NCBI GenBank assembly: GCA_036172245.1
Contig: JAYWIR010000001.1
Location: forward strand, 1,674,001 to 1,738,000
Source: Raillietiella orientalis
Taxonomy: Eukaryota
Reading direction: 5' to 3'
DNA length: 64,000 bases
The position numbers and the translations under genes are program-made. Positions 36,190-50,200 of the stretch are shown here, piece after piece. Position 1 is the stretch's first letter; each line of letters begins with the position of its first letter. The notes beneath the pieces are model-generated. The model did no database searches. It was not told where the DNA came from and was given only the letters and a program-made list of their open reading frames with translations.

Positions 36190-39100
36190 GAAGACAAGGA
36201 AGGGAAGAGAATTGTAGTGTAATCCTTCCTCTTCTTTCTCTTTTACTCCTCCTTCTCCTTCTTCTTCCTTTGCTTGTTTGACTTCCGGCGTGCCTCTTTT
36301 GTCCACGTCGCTACTTGGCAACATTCAACCATGGTCTCACGAAAGTTTCTTCCCTGCTGCAGTCCCTGCAGAGGAAGCGGTGCAGTTGGTCCTCATTACC
36401 CTGTCAGAGTGGGTTGGAGGTGAACTGGGGTCACATGGAGGCACGCAAAGTGGACAGGGTGCAGAGGAAGCGATGTGGATGGTCCGCGTTGCGCTCTGCT
36501 CACTTGATAAGAACCTTTAGGAAGTCGACATTACAGGGTCTGTGTGGCCGCTTCCTTTGAAAGGACTTCTTTTGAGAACCAGCCCAAAATCCCCCAGTGG
36601 GAACTCGATCTTTGAGCAGCAAATTATCCTTCAGTCTACAATTATACTTCAGTCCTCACACGTAAAGCAGCTCTTCTCCTCGCAAAGCTTTATCCTCGGA
36701 CCCATCTTCCTCTGCCCGAGGCTTTCAAGAGATCGAATTGGGAAGCGCCTTGCCGTCCCTGGATGAAGCGTCTTCCACCCTTGCATTGTATCCGCACCTC
36801 TCTGGTCTGGCTTGCATCCTGCCATGATTATCCTTCGGAATGTCTGACTAATTTAGCTATGGTTCTCTACCGGAGTAATGGGTTCAGTGAGGCCCATGAC
36901 CGACGCCTCACCCGCTCCCATTCTCATCGTCAGCCGGAGAGGGCAAGCCTGTGTGCCAGTCCGACCGCGGGGCCCGTGATCCCACGGCTCTGAGTACTCA
37001 GGATAGTCGCTCATGCGACTCTGTTCGACTGCAGCTTTGTGGGTGTCAGCTGAGCTCAGTGGACCCACGGAACTCACGAATTTTCGTGGAAGGATCCAGC
37101 CGAATGATGCAAACGGCAGTCCATTGAATTGCTCGTTTCAGAGAGACCGTCGATACTGCTGGCAGTCATCTCTCGAACGAACCACGGCTCTTCCGTCGTT
37201 GCTCTTGCAGGGAGAGGACGGTCTCTCTGCAGCCGCACGAGGAACAAGTTCTTCTCGGGAAAGTTCCTCCTTAGCAACAAGTACTCCCCCAAATAGGCAG
37301 CTTGAACTCCCGATCGAAAAAAATTCTCCGTTCAAGAACCAAAATTCATCTTCTTTCATTTGCAAACTCGGCAACTACTCGTCGAGATGGCAGATGGCTA
37401 TAAACTTCCCAGTGAAGAAAACGAGCATTCCTTTTCTTACGTTGAGTAGAATGCTGCTCGTTGGGTTGCGGTGAAGCAAAACTCAGGGTAGCCAACTCCT
37501 CTTCCGGCACGTTCAGCGTGCAGCTGACACGAATAACGTCACTTTGCCAGTTTTGCCGCCGGAGTTCCACTACTCATGGTCCCATTGCTACCTTTTGTTC
37601 TTTGGATCTATCCTAGTCTCATCCTATACGCACATCCCTGTCTCCATTGAGAACTTCCCTAACTCCTCTCAGACGTTGACTATTCCAGCACCTTACCAAA
37701 GCGAACACTCCCGTGTATCCACTCATCTTTTGGCGCTCTCCGATCCCTTTCAGCAGTTGATCTTCAGCCTCAAAACTAAGCCACGTAAACCCCGACACTT
37801 TTCTTGAGGTGGCTAAGAAACCAACAGATGAAATTCTGAACCACACGAAGACAGAGGTCCTTTTGAACTTTGGGTCCATCCAACTGCTGCTGTTATAACC
37901 GAATTCCATCTTCAGTTAGTAACGGAGCTAGCTGACGTGAGATTAAGAAAAAGACAAAACAAAACCTGCGCAAACCTTTCAGATGAAAGGATCTGTTTAT
38001 AAGAAACAGATGCGAATAGAAGAAATTTATTCTTATGGAACATCTGCGGCATTGCATTTGGGAGTCCATCGTTGAGAATGACGAAGCGCATTTTCGAAAA
38101 ATTCCTTAAATTCGAAACCATGAAATCAGCACAGTGAGAAAAAAAAAATTTGCCACACCTAATCACTTAGGGATGGCAGTCATCTTAGTGACCCTTAGAA
38201 ACAATATCTGAGACCACATTCAGCCCTCCAAAAGCGCACCGTGATTGAAGAAACAGGCCGAATAAGAAAACAAAAGAAAATGGATGCCTGTAAAGTGGAA
38301 GGGAAAACGGCAAGGAATGTGAACATCAAAAGTCTGTCTCTTCCTTGTCGATCCCTTTACGGTTGGGTTTTCATTTCCAATGGCCTTGCTCCCATGCTTG
38401 CTTCTGTTGGCTTTGTAGTGACCTTGAAACAGGAGTCTGCATCTCTCCTGTGGCCCATGTTCGGCAGAGTCTGGCTGACCGAGCGAGTGCTACAGTGCCA
38501 CTTGACAAATCAACTAAACTCCATGCCAAATATGGAAGGCCTTTCAAGATGCTGCCTTTGGTAGTTTCATCATGCATCAGGCATGCACCTTCATGTCTTT
38601 ACTCCAACGGAGCTGTAGAATGTCTCCCATTCTCCTCTTGGTACGGATGGGCATCCTCTTGCGGATGATGTTCCAACTCACCATTCCCTCGTATTCTCTA
38701 CTTAGGTCCGCTACTCGGGTGTGGATGATGTTCCAGTGCATTCTTGGAGAGGCCTCCTTCAGAAAACTGCTGCGTCATGACTCCACGTTGAAGCATTCCA
38801 ATCCGCTCATCATCTCGATGCCTTCGGTTGAGGTTTGGATCTCTTCCTCGTTACCACCCCCGCCACTCTGTGAAATGATATCTGCCTGAACCAGAGAGAA
38901 GGTAGTGAGTCACAGGAGCTCCTTCACATATTTTTGTAAACCGTGCCAAACCGCGGGGGTCACTGTCACCTCTGACTCCCCAGCAATTTGGTCCATAAAA
39001 TTGAGAGCGAAAAAAGCAAAGAAGAATAAGGAAAAGATACCTTCAGCATCAGTGCTCTGCGCTGATGCTGCAGCAGTTTTCTGAAGGTGGCCTTCGCTTC

Positions 39101-39763
39101 GTCATTCTCACTTGCACGGAGCCCCCGGTGTTGGACTTTGGCAACTCTGGATCCATTCTCGTTTCAGCCCTCTAAACAGCAAATGTTTAGCAAAGGTTAG
39201 TAGCCACGATAGATTGATGCACGGAGAGAGCCGGACGCCATGAAAGACAGCCTTGTGCACGCGCTGGCAGAGGTTCTTCGAGGAACCAGGATGGACGTTC
39301 CTAAATGGCAGGATCAGACAACTCCTCCAAAGAACTAAACGCTTCATTACCAGAGGGGGAAAGCAAACGGTCGTGCGTACATGCCGGCAGATGGACGTCT
39401 CAGTCCACCCAGCCTTTACTGGTGGGAAGTCCAGCCTCTGGAATGGTTGAGACGGGAGCGAGGTTTCGAAAGGGAGCACCTTGGGTCACGTCTGGCGACC
39501 GCACACACCATCGGCGTGCACATGAGGCAGAAAGTCAGCTCGAACCTGAGAGCAATTTGACGCAAAGACAGCACACGAACATATCTCTTTCGAAAAGCAC
39601 CCGGATCGAGGGAAGACCTTAGGCCAGTAGGCGATGGATCCATGAGAAGTGCGATGTAAACATTCGAAGGCTTACTAGGTTAGGAATTGATGACCACTTT
39701 CGGCCAGATGGTTTGGTTTGCCCTTTGCCCCAATTGGAAGTTTCTGGATACCTCCAATTATCC

Positions 39764-40120
39764 GCCTGCGCTGGCGGTCCCACTGTAGCTGCTGTCTCCG
39801 AGCGTGGCACCGAACGCTGCGGGTTCGAATCCCTCCCGGAAAAGCATCGGCGCCGAGAAATGAGGGGTGAGTCGTGGACTCCGAGTACAGTCCACAAGGT
39901 GACGATGGCTGACCCACAGGCTTCGGGTGCGGCACTAATGGAAGCCTCCGTAAGGGACTGAGGAAGCTCTTAGATAGCGTCCACTCCACCCGAGGGTGTG
40001 TGTGACTTCAGCTTCCCGAGAGTACCCCGGGAGGGGACCACTCTATGGAATCCAGGAATGCTCCAGAGGAAGGAGTGAGTTCCTCTTAAGCTTGGTAGGG
40101 AATTCCAAAGGGAATCTCTT
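39764..40120. mobile_element. SINE-like family copy 4, rearranged (head on + at 39764-39935; 3' body on - at 39963-40120)
   Basis: GCGGGTTCGAATCCC near 39819; 39963-40120 matches the minus-strand copy at ~46590-46745. Confidence 0.8.
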
Positions 40121-40422
40121 CCGTATACAATCCCCTACGTGCCCTAGAAACGCTCGTTAACTTCGGTAGACGTTCCAGAGATGCAGAGAAGATTGCGAAT
40201 TCTGGAAACAGGTTCGAGATCATGAGATCTTCAGACATTTGAACAGCATCTGCGTGGTGCTGATCCTCAGCAAGAATGGAAACAGAATCTCAATCAAACC
40301 GTTATGTTGTTGTTTTTTGATGAGGTCGCTGTGGGCACTGGAAGGCAAGGCATAAGCAAACAAAGTGACCTTGAGGTGGCGAAGAACACTTTGTTCCGTG
40401 GATTACAGCGTTCTCTTCAAGC

Positions 40423-41175
40423 TCCCGCGTTGGCCGGCCGTGCGGCTGCGGTCTCCACGCTTTGCACCAAGCGTCAAGGGTTCGAACCCCACCCGAGGAA
40501 AAATTCGACTCCGAGAAATGGATGTGTCGTGGGTTTCGAGTTCCCCCCCACGGTAGGCCTGGTGAAAGCTGGAAAACGGATGCGAAATTCTACCGTCCAG
40601 GAATGGAAGCTGACTCTCCGGGGATCCTTCCAGGAACTAAGGAGTCAGGGGAAAGTTCCCCTCCGGTTGTGAAAATGGAGCCATTCCTACCACGGAGGAA
40701 GACCCTCTATCGCGTTCCATGGAGCTGGTTGATACCCCCTCAGGGGGTTGCCTCTCCAGAGTGCCAGAAGCGCGCTGCTCCCTTCGGGGTTCTCTTCAGA
40801 GGACGAAACAAGGAGCTGTTCCCTTGCGGGTTCCTTCCAGGGAAGAAATTCTGGGTTCCCTTCGGAGAATAAGCGATGAGTACCCCCCTCTGTGGGGTCC
40901 CTCCAGATGGGCTAAGGTTCCCTCCCAAGCGTAATGGGAACAGACTCCTTCCTCCGGAGCCTTCATGGATTCATAGGGTGGCATCTCCGGGCTCACCCTT
41001 TATAACTTGAAGAGACATATGCGCCCCCAGGTGGCGTGTACTGCTCTGAAGAGTTTCGTGACCACCTCCTCCCAAGGAAGCGGACGGTTTTTCAGCACTT
41101 GGCGGACGAAAAAAACAGAAAAGCTGGAAGGAAAGCAGCGAAGATAGAAAGACTCCAAAGGGATTTCTATCCCTG
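40423..41175 (+). mobile_element. SINE-like family copy 5 (full length)
   Basis: GGGTTCGAACCCC near 40478, GGGTTTCGAGTTCC near 40531, conserved body, end GGATTTCTATCC. Confidence 0.9.
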
Positions 41176-43434
41176 CACACTCACTGCCCCGGCATAACTG
41201 GCTGAGAATTATCCCTGTACCCTCACTCCTCAGGGACGTGTGTTTCAGAGGTGGGCTGAAGAGACGAAATGCAGCCAGCCAGCAATGCAATGCGGGTTCC
41301 TGAAAGGGACGGAGGGGATGGCAAGCTAAGCCACGAAGAAAGACAGCAGCAGAGCCCTCGTAGATGGGACCAATCCTCGAGGGAGGTCCGAAGGAAGGCG
41401 GCGCTGCCGTGCACCGATGGCCCGGGAGTCGCTGTGGGAGACCCCCTGGGGCATCGGTGACACCTTGGCGTGGACAGCATTGTGCACTCAGCTTGGACTT
41501 TTGCAAAGGCTCTCAAATGTCCCCAATTCTGAAGCAGAGGGGACGTCGCAGATGACCTCTTGGAGATGAGTTTCCTAGTCTTTCCAGTGGGCCCCATTGC
41601 TGATTGCTCTCGCGCTGATGAGCTCTTGCATAGAGGGTTGTATGCCTTTGCCTCCTTGACCTTCCCGTACCGCGAGCGATCTCAGTGCCAAGAGCCTTCA
41701 CCCCATGCACAATCCGGAGTCTCGTCTCTCGCTTCGAACTCACCCGGAGGGGATATTCCTGCTCGCTCGCGAGAACTGGAGAACTCTGTCTGCACCTCTG
41801 ACGGTCCACGGTGTCCATGCAAAGGCCAGGTGGACTAAGAGTCAATGGAACGGCCGCCACACTTTGGCGTGCAGGTCCCAAACTGGAACCTCCAACGCGC
41901 GCTGCCCTACCTTCCCGACGGATTTTCGACCGAGTTATTCCCCGACACGGGCAAGCGGTAGAGCGCAGGGACGAGAAAGTCGCCGTGAGCCCAACGGGGG
42001 AAAGATGGGGGGAGGGGGAGGGTACGAGCGCACGCGGAACCGGGCGGAAGAGCGAGGAGGCTGGAGCGAGGCCTGCGAAAAAAAAAAAAAAAAAAACAGA
42101 CCAACAGAGAGAGGTGCACGCGCGACCAGTGCAAAAGACAAGCACGCTCCTCCGGCAAGCCGCCTGAGGTTCCGGTCTTGACCATGGAGCCCCCATAGGA
42201 GCGTTCCTTAGGTGTTGGGGGGTGGGAGGGGGGCTTTTTCCGTTTCACGCGCGCCAGCTGCCCTCCCAGGATGGAAATTGCAGGTTTAACGGTACGGGAA
42301 GGACACAGGCCGAGGGCGGCACGGACGTCGAAGGTGTATCTTTTCCCCATTCGTCTTCGTTTTTGTTTTTTTGCTCCCAAGCGTGCGGGCGCTTATTTGC
42401 TGGGGGGCCTTCCGAGATGACCCCCAGCGGTTCGGGCAAATCGGTGCGCTACGGAAACTCCGTCCACGAGAGTTTTTTTTTTTTTTCCTTTTGTCGGCGC
42501 GCTCTTTCGAAACTGCCGGCGTTCCGTTCAAGTGGACAGCCACGTGAAGTCGAGCGCACGTTTTCGAAATCGCCTGCTTCTGTTCTCGGGATCTCCGTAT
42601 GAGAAAATTGGACCATAATTTGGATGGGGCGCTTGGAGTGAAATGACCTGGGAACATGGATTAGCGCAAGGCAGAGGACGAAAATGAAAAGTCAGGAAAA
42701 ACACGCAGGCAGTTTCTTGTTTTTGGAGGTCCCCGAAGGAACAAGAAAGGAGCGATTTATTTCCAAATTTTTTTCGTTCTTTCTTTTTCTTCCTTCCTTC
42801 CTTTCTTTCTTTTCTTTTCTTTTCCTTTTCTTTCCTTTTTTTTTTTTTTTTTTTTTGCTGCTCTCGATCTTCGATTTCAATGCGCGCACGCAGTAGCCGG
42901 TAAGTCAGGCAGCGCCTGAGGGCTGCAAGTCCCCGGGGCCGTAGAACAACAAAAGGGCAAAATAGGAAATTTGGAATGAAATGAATGGGAACGCGCGGAA
43001 AGCGAACGATCTCCTTTCTTCGCATGGGAAGCTGATTTCCATCGATCAGAGGGAGTTCGGGTGAAGCCCAAGCAAAAGGACCTTTCTGCCCATGACAGCA
43101 GGGCGGCTGTCCCTGGAACTGCGCGCGAATCGCGGCGAAGGGCGCGAAGCTCCACAAGTCGAACGGGCGATGGTCAGTCCCAGGCAAACTTGAGGCGACC
43201 CAGGAGGCACTTTGACACGGTTTTCCCCACTCCGACACGTCTCTCCGCGAGTGGAGGTCCCTCCCCAACTCGGTCCTCGCGAATTTCCCTGAATTCCACA
43301 TCAAAGAGATCTTCCTTTTGTTGTCTAAGAAGAAGGAAGAAGGCAGCTGTTACTGTGCACCCTCACGCGACGACTCTGAACCGACTGAATAAAGGACAAA
43401 AACGGGAATTTATTTTCTCTCCAGGGCGCTATTT

Positions 43435-43461
43435 GTGTGTGTGTGTGTGTGTGTGTGTGTT
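43435..43461. repeat. (GT)n microsatellite
   Basis: Directly visible. Confidence 0.9.
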
Positions 43462-44952
43462 TTTGCCTTTCCTGCTGAAACAGGCATGCCAGATCGTTCG
43501 GAATTCGAGCGCATCTTTTCAACATGCGACATCTGCATGCGGCATCCTCGATGAGGTTGCGGTTCTGCTGGTTTTTTTTTTTGGAAGAAAAAAAAAAAAC
43601 ACTTCTCGCCGAGCGGACTTTTCCTGCGTCCACTTCAAGCGGAAACCGAGAGCTTCGCTTACTGCAAATAATTGGGCAAATTTTCCCAAGAGAAAGGTCA
43701 ACGCAGTTGACGAAGACCATGACCATTGCGACAAGGAACCTGTGAAGAACCTGCCGGCACGAATCACTCTTCTTGCTCTGCTGAATATCTGAGGCCTGGT
43801 GCGGCTGAAAGTAATTTCTGTTGGGTAATCTCGAAAGAACAAAAAGGAACGATCTTGTGATTTTTCCAGAAGCGGCAAGCTCAAGGACACACCGGAAGAA
43901 GGCCTTGAACACTTTTGGTTTTACAAGGTGGAAGTCGCATTGGATTCCTCAATTGTGAAAGCTGAAAAGTACACCGAGGGTGGCTGCAATGCCTGGCAGC
44001 TGTGTTTCACGAGCGCAAAGACACACCTTTCTCATTTGATGGCGGAGGCAAAGTAAAACGAACGACCAAGTCAGCACTTTGGTTTCTACTCTGCCTTTTC
44101 GCACGTGTGAGGGAATATTCCTTGACTCCTTCCATCTTCAGTGGAAGATGGAAGAGAGCTACTCGCTCTTTCCTCGGGATATTCCCGTAACTTCCAGATC
44201 GAACAGAGCCCTTCCCGATGAGGTCTTGGGCACTCTGGTTCGAAAGCTCTTTGCTGGCACCCTTCTTGTAAATCATGGAAAGATATTTCGGTGGAACCTG
44301 AATTCCGGCAATGGAAGCCGTCGACTGTTTCAGTGATTACTTGGCTTGCATTTCCTCCACAGCCTCCCGATGAGGTTTTAGTATTCAGTGGTTTCGTGCT
44401 TCGGGAAATGGAAGGACATTCCTCGAAGTAGTCATAAAAATAAGTAGTAAGTATTAAAGATCTCCACATCCCAAATGCTCTTGCAAATGCGGTCCAACTC
44501 CAACAAGAAGCGCTCTCTGTCAGAGGGGTAAAAAAAAAATAAAATTAAAATTAAAAGTCTTCTTCGACGGCAAGGATCGTCTCTGCTGTTGGCGAAACAC
44601 GGCTCTTCCCCGTCGTATTTTTTTCCTCACCTCTTTCGCAAGCAGAAACTTGAGAAAACGGTGAAGTACATCAATTGGCTTCGTTCATGCGTCCCTCTGT
44701 GAGGGAAAACATCATTTGCGAATTCGCCCTCCTCGAGGGTGGTCACGTCACTTCCTCCACTCTCCAAGGAAGAGAAACACGTCCTCCACTGAAAGTATTG
44801 CCTTTGGATGATCCAGAATGCTCAAGGATTATGCAATTCACTTGCTCCTTACCAAAACCAGGAACTCCTCCAGACGTAATCTCCTGCTGCCGTTTTGCTT
44901 TTCAACTGCGCCTTCAACTGCTCTCCTCACAGAAAGCAGGCTGCGCGCCTAC

Positions 44953-45685
44953 GGGCCTCCTCGAGTGGCAAAAGCAAAGCGTGGTGGGTTCGAATCCCAC
45001 CCGGGAAAGGGTCGACGCCCAGAACGGAACGTGCGTGGTGGGTTTCGAGTTCCTCCATCCCCCGCGGGACGACGCTGGTTGGCCTCGGTTGGGTTCGGGT
45101 GCGGCGGCACTGGTTCCCCCGTTGACTGGCTCGGATCGGAAGTTGACCTTCCGGGATCCTTCCTGAAATCACGGTGCTTCGGAAATCCGCTCCGATTGCG
45201 AAAAGGGAGCCGTTACCATGGAGCTGGTTGATACTCTCCCCAGGGGGTTGCCTCTCGGGAACGTCAGAAGCGCGCTGCTCGCTTCGGCGTTCTCCTCAGA
45301 GGATGAAACCAAGGAGCGGTTCCCTTGCAGGTTCCCTCAGCAGAAGAAACGAGGAATGGCCCTTCCTGGAGTCCCTTCGGAGACGACCAGGATGAGAGTT
45401 CCCTTCAGCGTTCCCTCCCAAGCGCAAGAGGAACGGACTCCTTCTTCCGGAACCTACCTGGATTCATAGGGTGGTCCCTCCGGGGTCACCTCCCCTAACG
45501 TGGAGAGTTCTACGCTCCCTCGGGTGGCGTGGACGGTACCAAAGAGCTTCGTGACCACCTTCTTCTAAGGAGGCCGACGGGTCTTCAGCACTTGGCGAAC
45601 CAGAAAAAAGAAAAGACGAAAGAAAACCCGAAAAAAGCAGGGAAGGTAGCAGCGAAGGCAGAAGAACCCCAGAGGATTCCCGTTC
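44953..45685 (+). mobile_element. SINE-like copy 6 (lacks first ~30 nt, keeps 3' end); 44953-45590 is the left arm of a 638 bp inverted duplication
   Basis: GTGGG-TTCGAAT-CCCAC; reverse complement of 46550-47187 (coordinates sum to 92140), one mismatch seen. Confidence 0.95.
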
Positions 45686-46549
45686 TGTAGTGTATCAGGA
45701 GAGAAATTCAAGGCAAGGAACGATCGGCATCTCAGTTCGCACGGTGGTCCATTTCGAAGGGAAGTAGCGAGCTGCCGTTTACCTGGAGACGGTGACGGCA
45801 GCAGCAAAGGACATCGCCTCGTCGCCGCTTCCTCACGCTTTCCGCTTCACTCATCTGCACCAGGATTGGGAAACTGATGACAGAAAGAAGGAGCAGGAAA
45901 GTCGGCAGGAGACCGCCAACCTCGGAATTCCCAGGATTGATCCCAGGCAGCCTGGGATTGGCTCAACAGACTCCGCAAAGAGATAGCGACAGCTGTGTGC
46001 TTCATCATCCTGGTGTTTCATGGAAGTTTCTGAAGGAAACCGAAATTTGGATGAGTGTGCGTGTTTCCCAGTAGATTTGTTGTGCCATTTCCAGCATCCT
46101 TCTCGTATCGAACACCTTTAGTTGGGTTCCCGACGAAAGTATCTGCTTTGAACGTGCCAAAATGCTTTTGCAGGCGCGAAAGAATTTCATCTCCATTGCC
46201 ATAAACGCGGGAAGCCTTGATCATCTCTTCAAGAAGAAGCCTCCAGTGGTGAAGGTTGCTTCGTGACTCATTCCGCAGAAGAATCTGGGCTGCAGTCTTC
46301 CGGATCTAGCTGTGGAAGAGCTGGCAATCCAAAATTCTGAAGACCGGAAGTGAAGCAGTCTTCCCGGACAGGTGAAACGTCGTTTTTTGCACCTCTCCCA
46401 AGAAGTGCTTAGGTTACGCGGACCTTGATAATGACAACAGCTTCAAGGCATTGCAGCATCCCTGGGTAGTGACCATTCATGCGCTTTGAAGGATTTGCTC
46501 CATCTGTGTAGGATGCTGGGGAAATCGGGGTTGCTTTCTGATAGTCAAA

Positions 46550-47216
46550 TGCTGAAGACCCGTCGGCCTCCTTAGAAGAAGGTGGTCACGAAGCTCTTTG
46601 GTACCGTCCACGCCACCCGAGGGAGCGTAGAACTCTCCACGTTAGGGGAGGTGACCCCGGAGGGACCATCCTATGAATCCAGGTAGGTTCCGGAAGAAGG
46701 AGTCCGTTCCTCTTGCGCTTGGGAGGGAACGCTGAAGGGAACTCTCATCCTGGTCGTCTCCGAAGGGACTCCAGGAAGGGCCATTCCTCGTTTCTTCTGC
46801 TGAGGGAACCTGCAAGGGAACCGCTCCTTGGTTTCATCCTCTGAGGAGAACGCCGAAGCGAGCAGCGCGCTTCTGACGTTCCCGAGAGGCAACCCCCTGG
46901 GGAGAGTATCAACCAGCTCCATGGTAACGGCTCCCTTTTCGCAATCGGAGCGGATTTCCGAAGCACCGTGATTTCAGGAAGGATCCCGGAAGGTCAACTT
47001 CCGATCCGAGCCAGTCAACGGGGGAACCAGTGCCGCCGCACCCGAACCCAACCGAGGCCAACCAGCGTCGTCCCGCGGGGGATGGAGGAACTCGAAACCC
47101 ACCACGCACGTTCCGTTCTGGGCGTCGACCCTTTCCCGGGTGGGATTCGAACCCACCACGCTTTGCTTTTGCCACTCGAGGAGGCCCTCAGCCACAGCAG
47201 GGCGGCCAACGCGGGC
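46550..47216 (-). mobile_element. SINE-like copy 7 (keeps 5' head, lacks 3' end); right arm of the inverted duplication
   Basis: Mirror of copy 6 and extends into the head GCCCGCGTTGGCC. Confidence 0.95.
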
Positions 47217-50200
47217 AAATCCCGTGTCCCTTCGGCCGGCGGGAGAAGTCCTAGAGAGGAAGATTGGTAACTGGTGAATAGAAGGTGCACAGCATGCAGG
47301 AGGAGTGTGGTCCAGCAGAAGCAACTCTCGTGCCGTTTCCCAGCACTCCAGTGTTCCTACGCGCCCGATGCTTCCCATTCCGGTGAAGCACCACCGGGCG
47401 AGCCGCGGAGCTTCCGGAGAGGGGGAAAGCGGGACGCGCCTTTCGGAAGGTGCGCCCACAGAGGTGCCACCTACTGGTTTCCAAAGCCTGCGGTCCCTGC
47501 CGCTTCGCGCGGCTGGAGGAGAAGAAGCCAAAGGTGCTCTGGCGAGCCTCCGCGCAGAGAACGTCTCCTTCTCCCTCCATCTCAAGGAACAGCGATCCGG
47601 TGTCCCCCTCCAGAGAGACAGAAGCCATGAGCGCGGAGCTGCGACTCCTCTACTCAGGAGAACCGCTCGGAAGAGGAGGTCTGCGCACTCCCCTAATCTA
47701 CATACAGCCCCCCCCCCCTCCCTACACGCACATATGCACACGCACTCCGCCTATTCCCCTGAATCTATAAACTCTAGACAAGTGCGGGCGAGATTAGGAA
47801 GACTCTCCTCCCCACCCCGCAGCTTTCCCGCTGCTAAGCTCCTGTTAGCTCCAGGAAGCACGAATTCTGGTGCCAATTCATGCAGCTCTCCCAGGAGAAA
47901 AAGAGTGATGCAACAGTTCATTCATTAATGGGAATGCCCGTTTGATCCCCGAACCCAGAAGCGGGTCCCTGCGCTCCAGAACCAGGTGGGACTGCTAGGG
48001 TGAGATCGACGGTCCGCGCGAGACTCGCATCCCGAGACCTGGCTGGCAGACCTTCCGCAGCCTGGAGAGCACGAAGAAAGCGGTGCTACCCCAGGTGTCC
48101 TGGAGGGATGCCGCGACTATCCCAGCGGGACCCGAGCTCAGGACTGCCTGCGGCGCGAACGGGCTTGCTTCCGAATTGGAGGCTCCCGCTTTTTTTTTTT
48201 TTTGTTCTTGTTTTCGCTTCCTTGGACACGACCCTCCTTTGTTCACCTCCAGAAAGAATCAGCCGGCTCATTTTCATCTCCATTACTTTCTGAGGTCCCG
48301 AGAATGCAGCGTCCCTTGAGTCAGTCTCTGACTCGTCAAGAGCACCCCTTTACAGAACTCTCTAGAAGTCATTTTTTCCCAAAGACCATCCGTCAGTTTT
48401 CCCTCCTCCATTTCCTCCCTTCCTCCTCCTTTTCTCTTTCTTCTCAAAGAGTTAGTTGGATGCCATCTTTACCTCGTGCTTCGATTGCAGAAGGTGCCAC
48501 TAGCACCGAGCGCCACCTGCACAAGAAAGCTTTCCGGATCCTCCAGGAAGAAGTCTGTCTCCACAACTTCCAAACGCGGAGCTGGCCGTGACACGCGTGG
48601 AGATGGAGCCCTGGCCAGCTTTCCAGAGCACGCCCATCGAAAAATCGGGAAGGCAAATGCCTCAGAGGATGTGTCGACCTCGAGGCGGTCTCCCACCTAC
48701 GCACCCACGGCTCACCCAGTTTCGCATTCTCTTTTTATTGCTCTCACCTCGCACTCCGCTCACGACCGTCGGAAAGAAAAGTGAAGGCCAGAGAGCCCTG
48801 GTAGTGGCTCGCCGAGGAGAGGCGAAAGAAGTCTCCCCAGCCGGCAGGCGAAACAGCCGTGGGCACCGTACTGGAGACGCTTTCTGATCAAGGACGGCGT
48901 CAGCAAGCTTGGACCTCCGGCTGCTGCTCCCTCACCTCGCCGCCGCATGGACGGCGGGAAACTGTTTCTCTCGTTCCACGGCAGGTGGGACAAGTTGGCT
49001 CCTTCGTCGAGGATGCCAACAGAATCCCAGTGCAGCACTCCTAGCAGAGGGAGGGGGCTTCGCGAAACGGGAAGATCTTCCTGCTTCTTCTCGTTGGAAA
49101 AAGCAAACGCCCTCTTTGGGTGGGTTTGCTGGTGACCCAGATGAACATTGTGGGACGCTGCATGCCGGGCACCATGTCCGGTACATTCGGAATCTCACTC
49201 GTGGTGGCATTGGGAACTCTGAGACTGAGTTCAGCGGCATCGACAGCTGGAGCTCCCAATGGCTAGACCCAATCCGGACGGCTTCCATCCCCTCCTACAG
49301 GAGGTGAGCATTCCTTCCATGTGGAACGACGGCGTGGACCAAAGAGGTCTTCGTGGTGGCAAGGAACTCGATGGCATACCCACCTATTTGTAGTCGCTTA
49401 TCGCTGATCGTGGGCCTGCTGCCTTAGACCGGGGGTCAGAGACCACTTGACTGAGATAAGATGGAATCTGCTCCAAAGATGCGGGACGTACCGGATCCGC
49501 TGATACGATTGGTCGTGGATCCAGTGCCAGGTTGTCCCCGTTCGTGATTTCCCAGATGCGGCCCGCTTTCGATCTTCGAAGTACCCTGAGCCGCAATTGT
49601 CCTTCCCCTGTACAAAATGCCGGTGTCCAGCCTGAGGGAGAGTCTGGAATCCGCGAGGAGAGCTGCCGTGTGCGCCTGCGTCAGCCGAGGGAAGCCAAGG
49701 CTCCCTCGAGGGTTTGCAGGAACTCCGGCGCTGCTAAGCTCACCCTCGCTCCGTGATGCCATTCCATGTGGGTCCGCTTCCGGTTTGCTCTCCAGAGGCA
49801 GCCAGCAAAGCTCCATCGGAAATCTTGGCGCCAGTGGACCTCCCGGAACGAACCGTCGGGTCTTCTCGCTGGAGTCCTTGTGTGGTCCGTTGTCGAGGTG
49901 ATGACGCCGCGGTTCCTGGTCTTCGCGGTAGTTGCTTCTTGCGGACGGGAATGATGCGCGAGCACGCAGGATGCGGGAGCGTGAGAGAGGACAGGAGTCT
50001 TTCGGGGCAGGGGGAAGAGGGCTGAAGAGGGCTTCTTCCTCCCTTGCACTCCCTGCATCCTCCGGAGGGTCGAAGAATGCAGGGATGAAGGAGCCGACGA
50101 GCGGTTCCTCCCGAAGCGGATCGCCTCGCGTCCTCGCCGGGAATGAACGAAGCCCGGCGAGGGAAGGGCACGGCCGGCTGCTTCGAGGAAGCGGTGCGAT

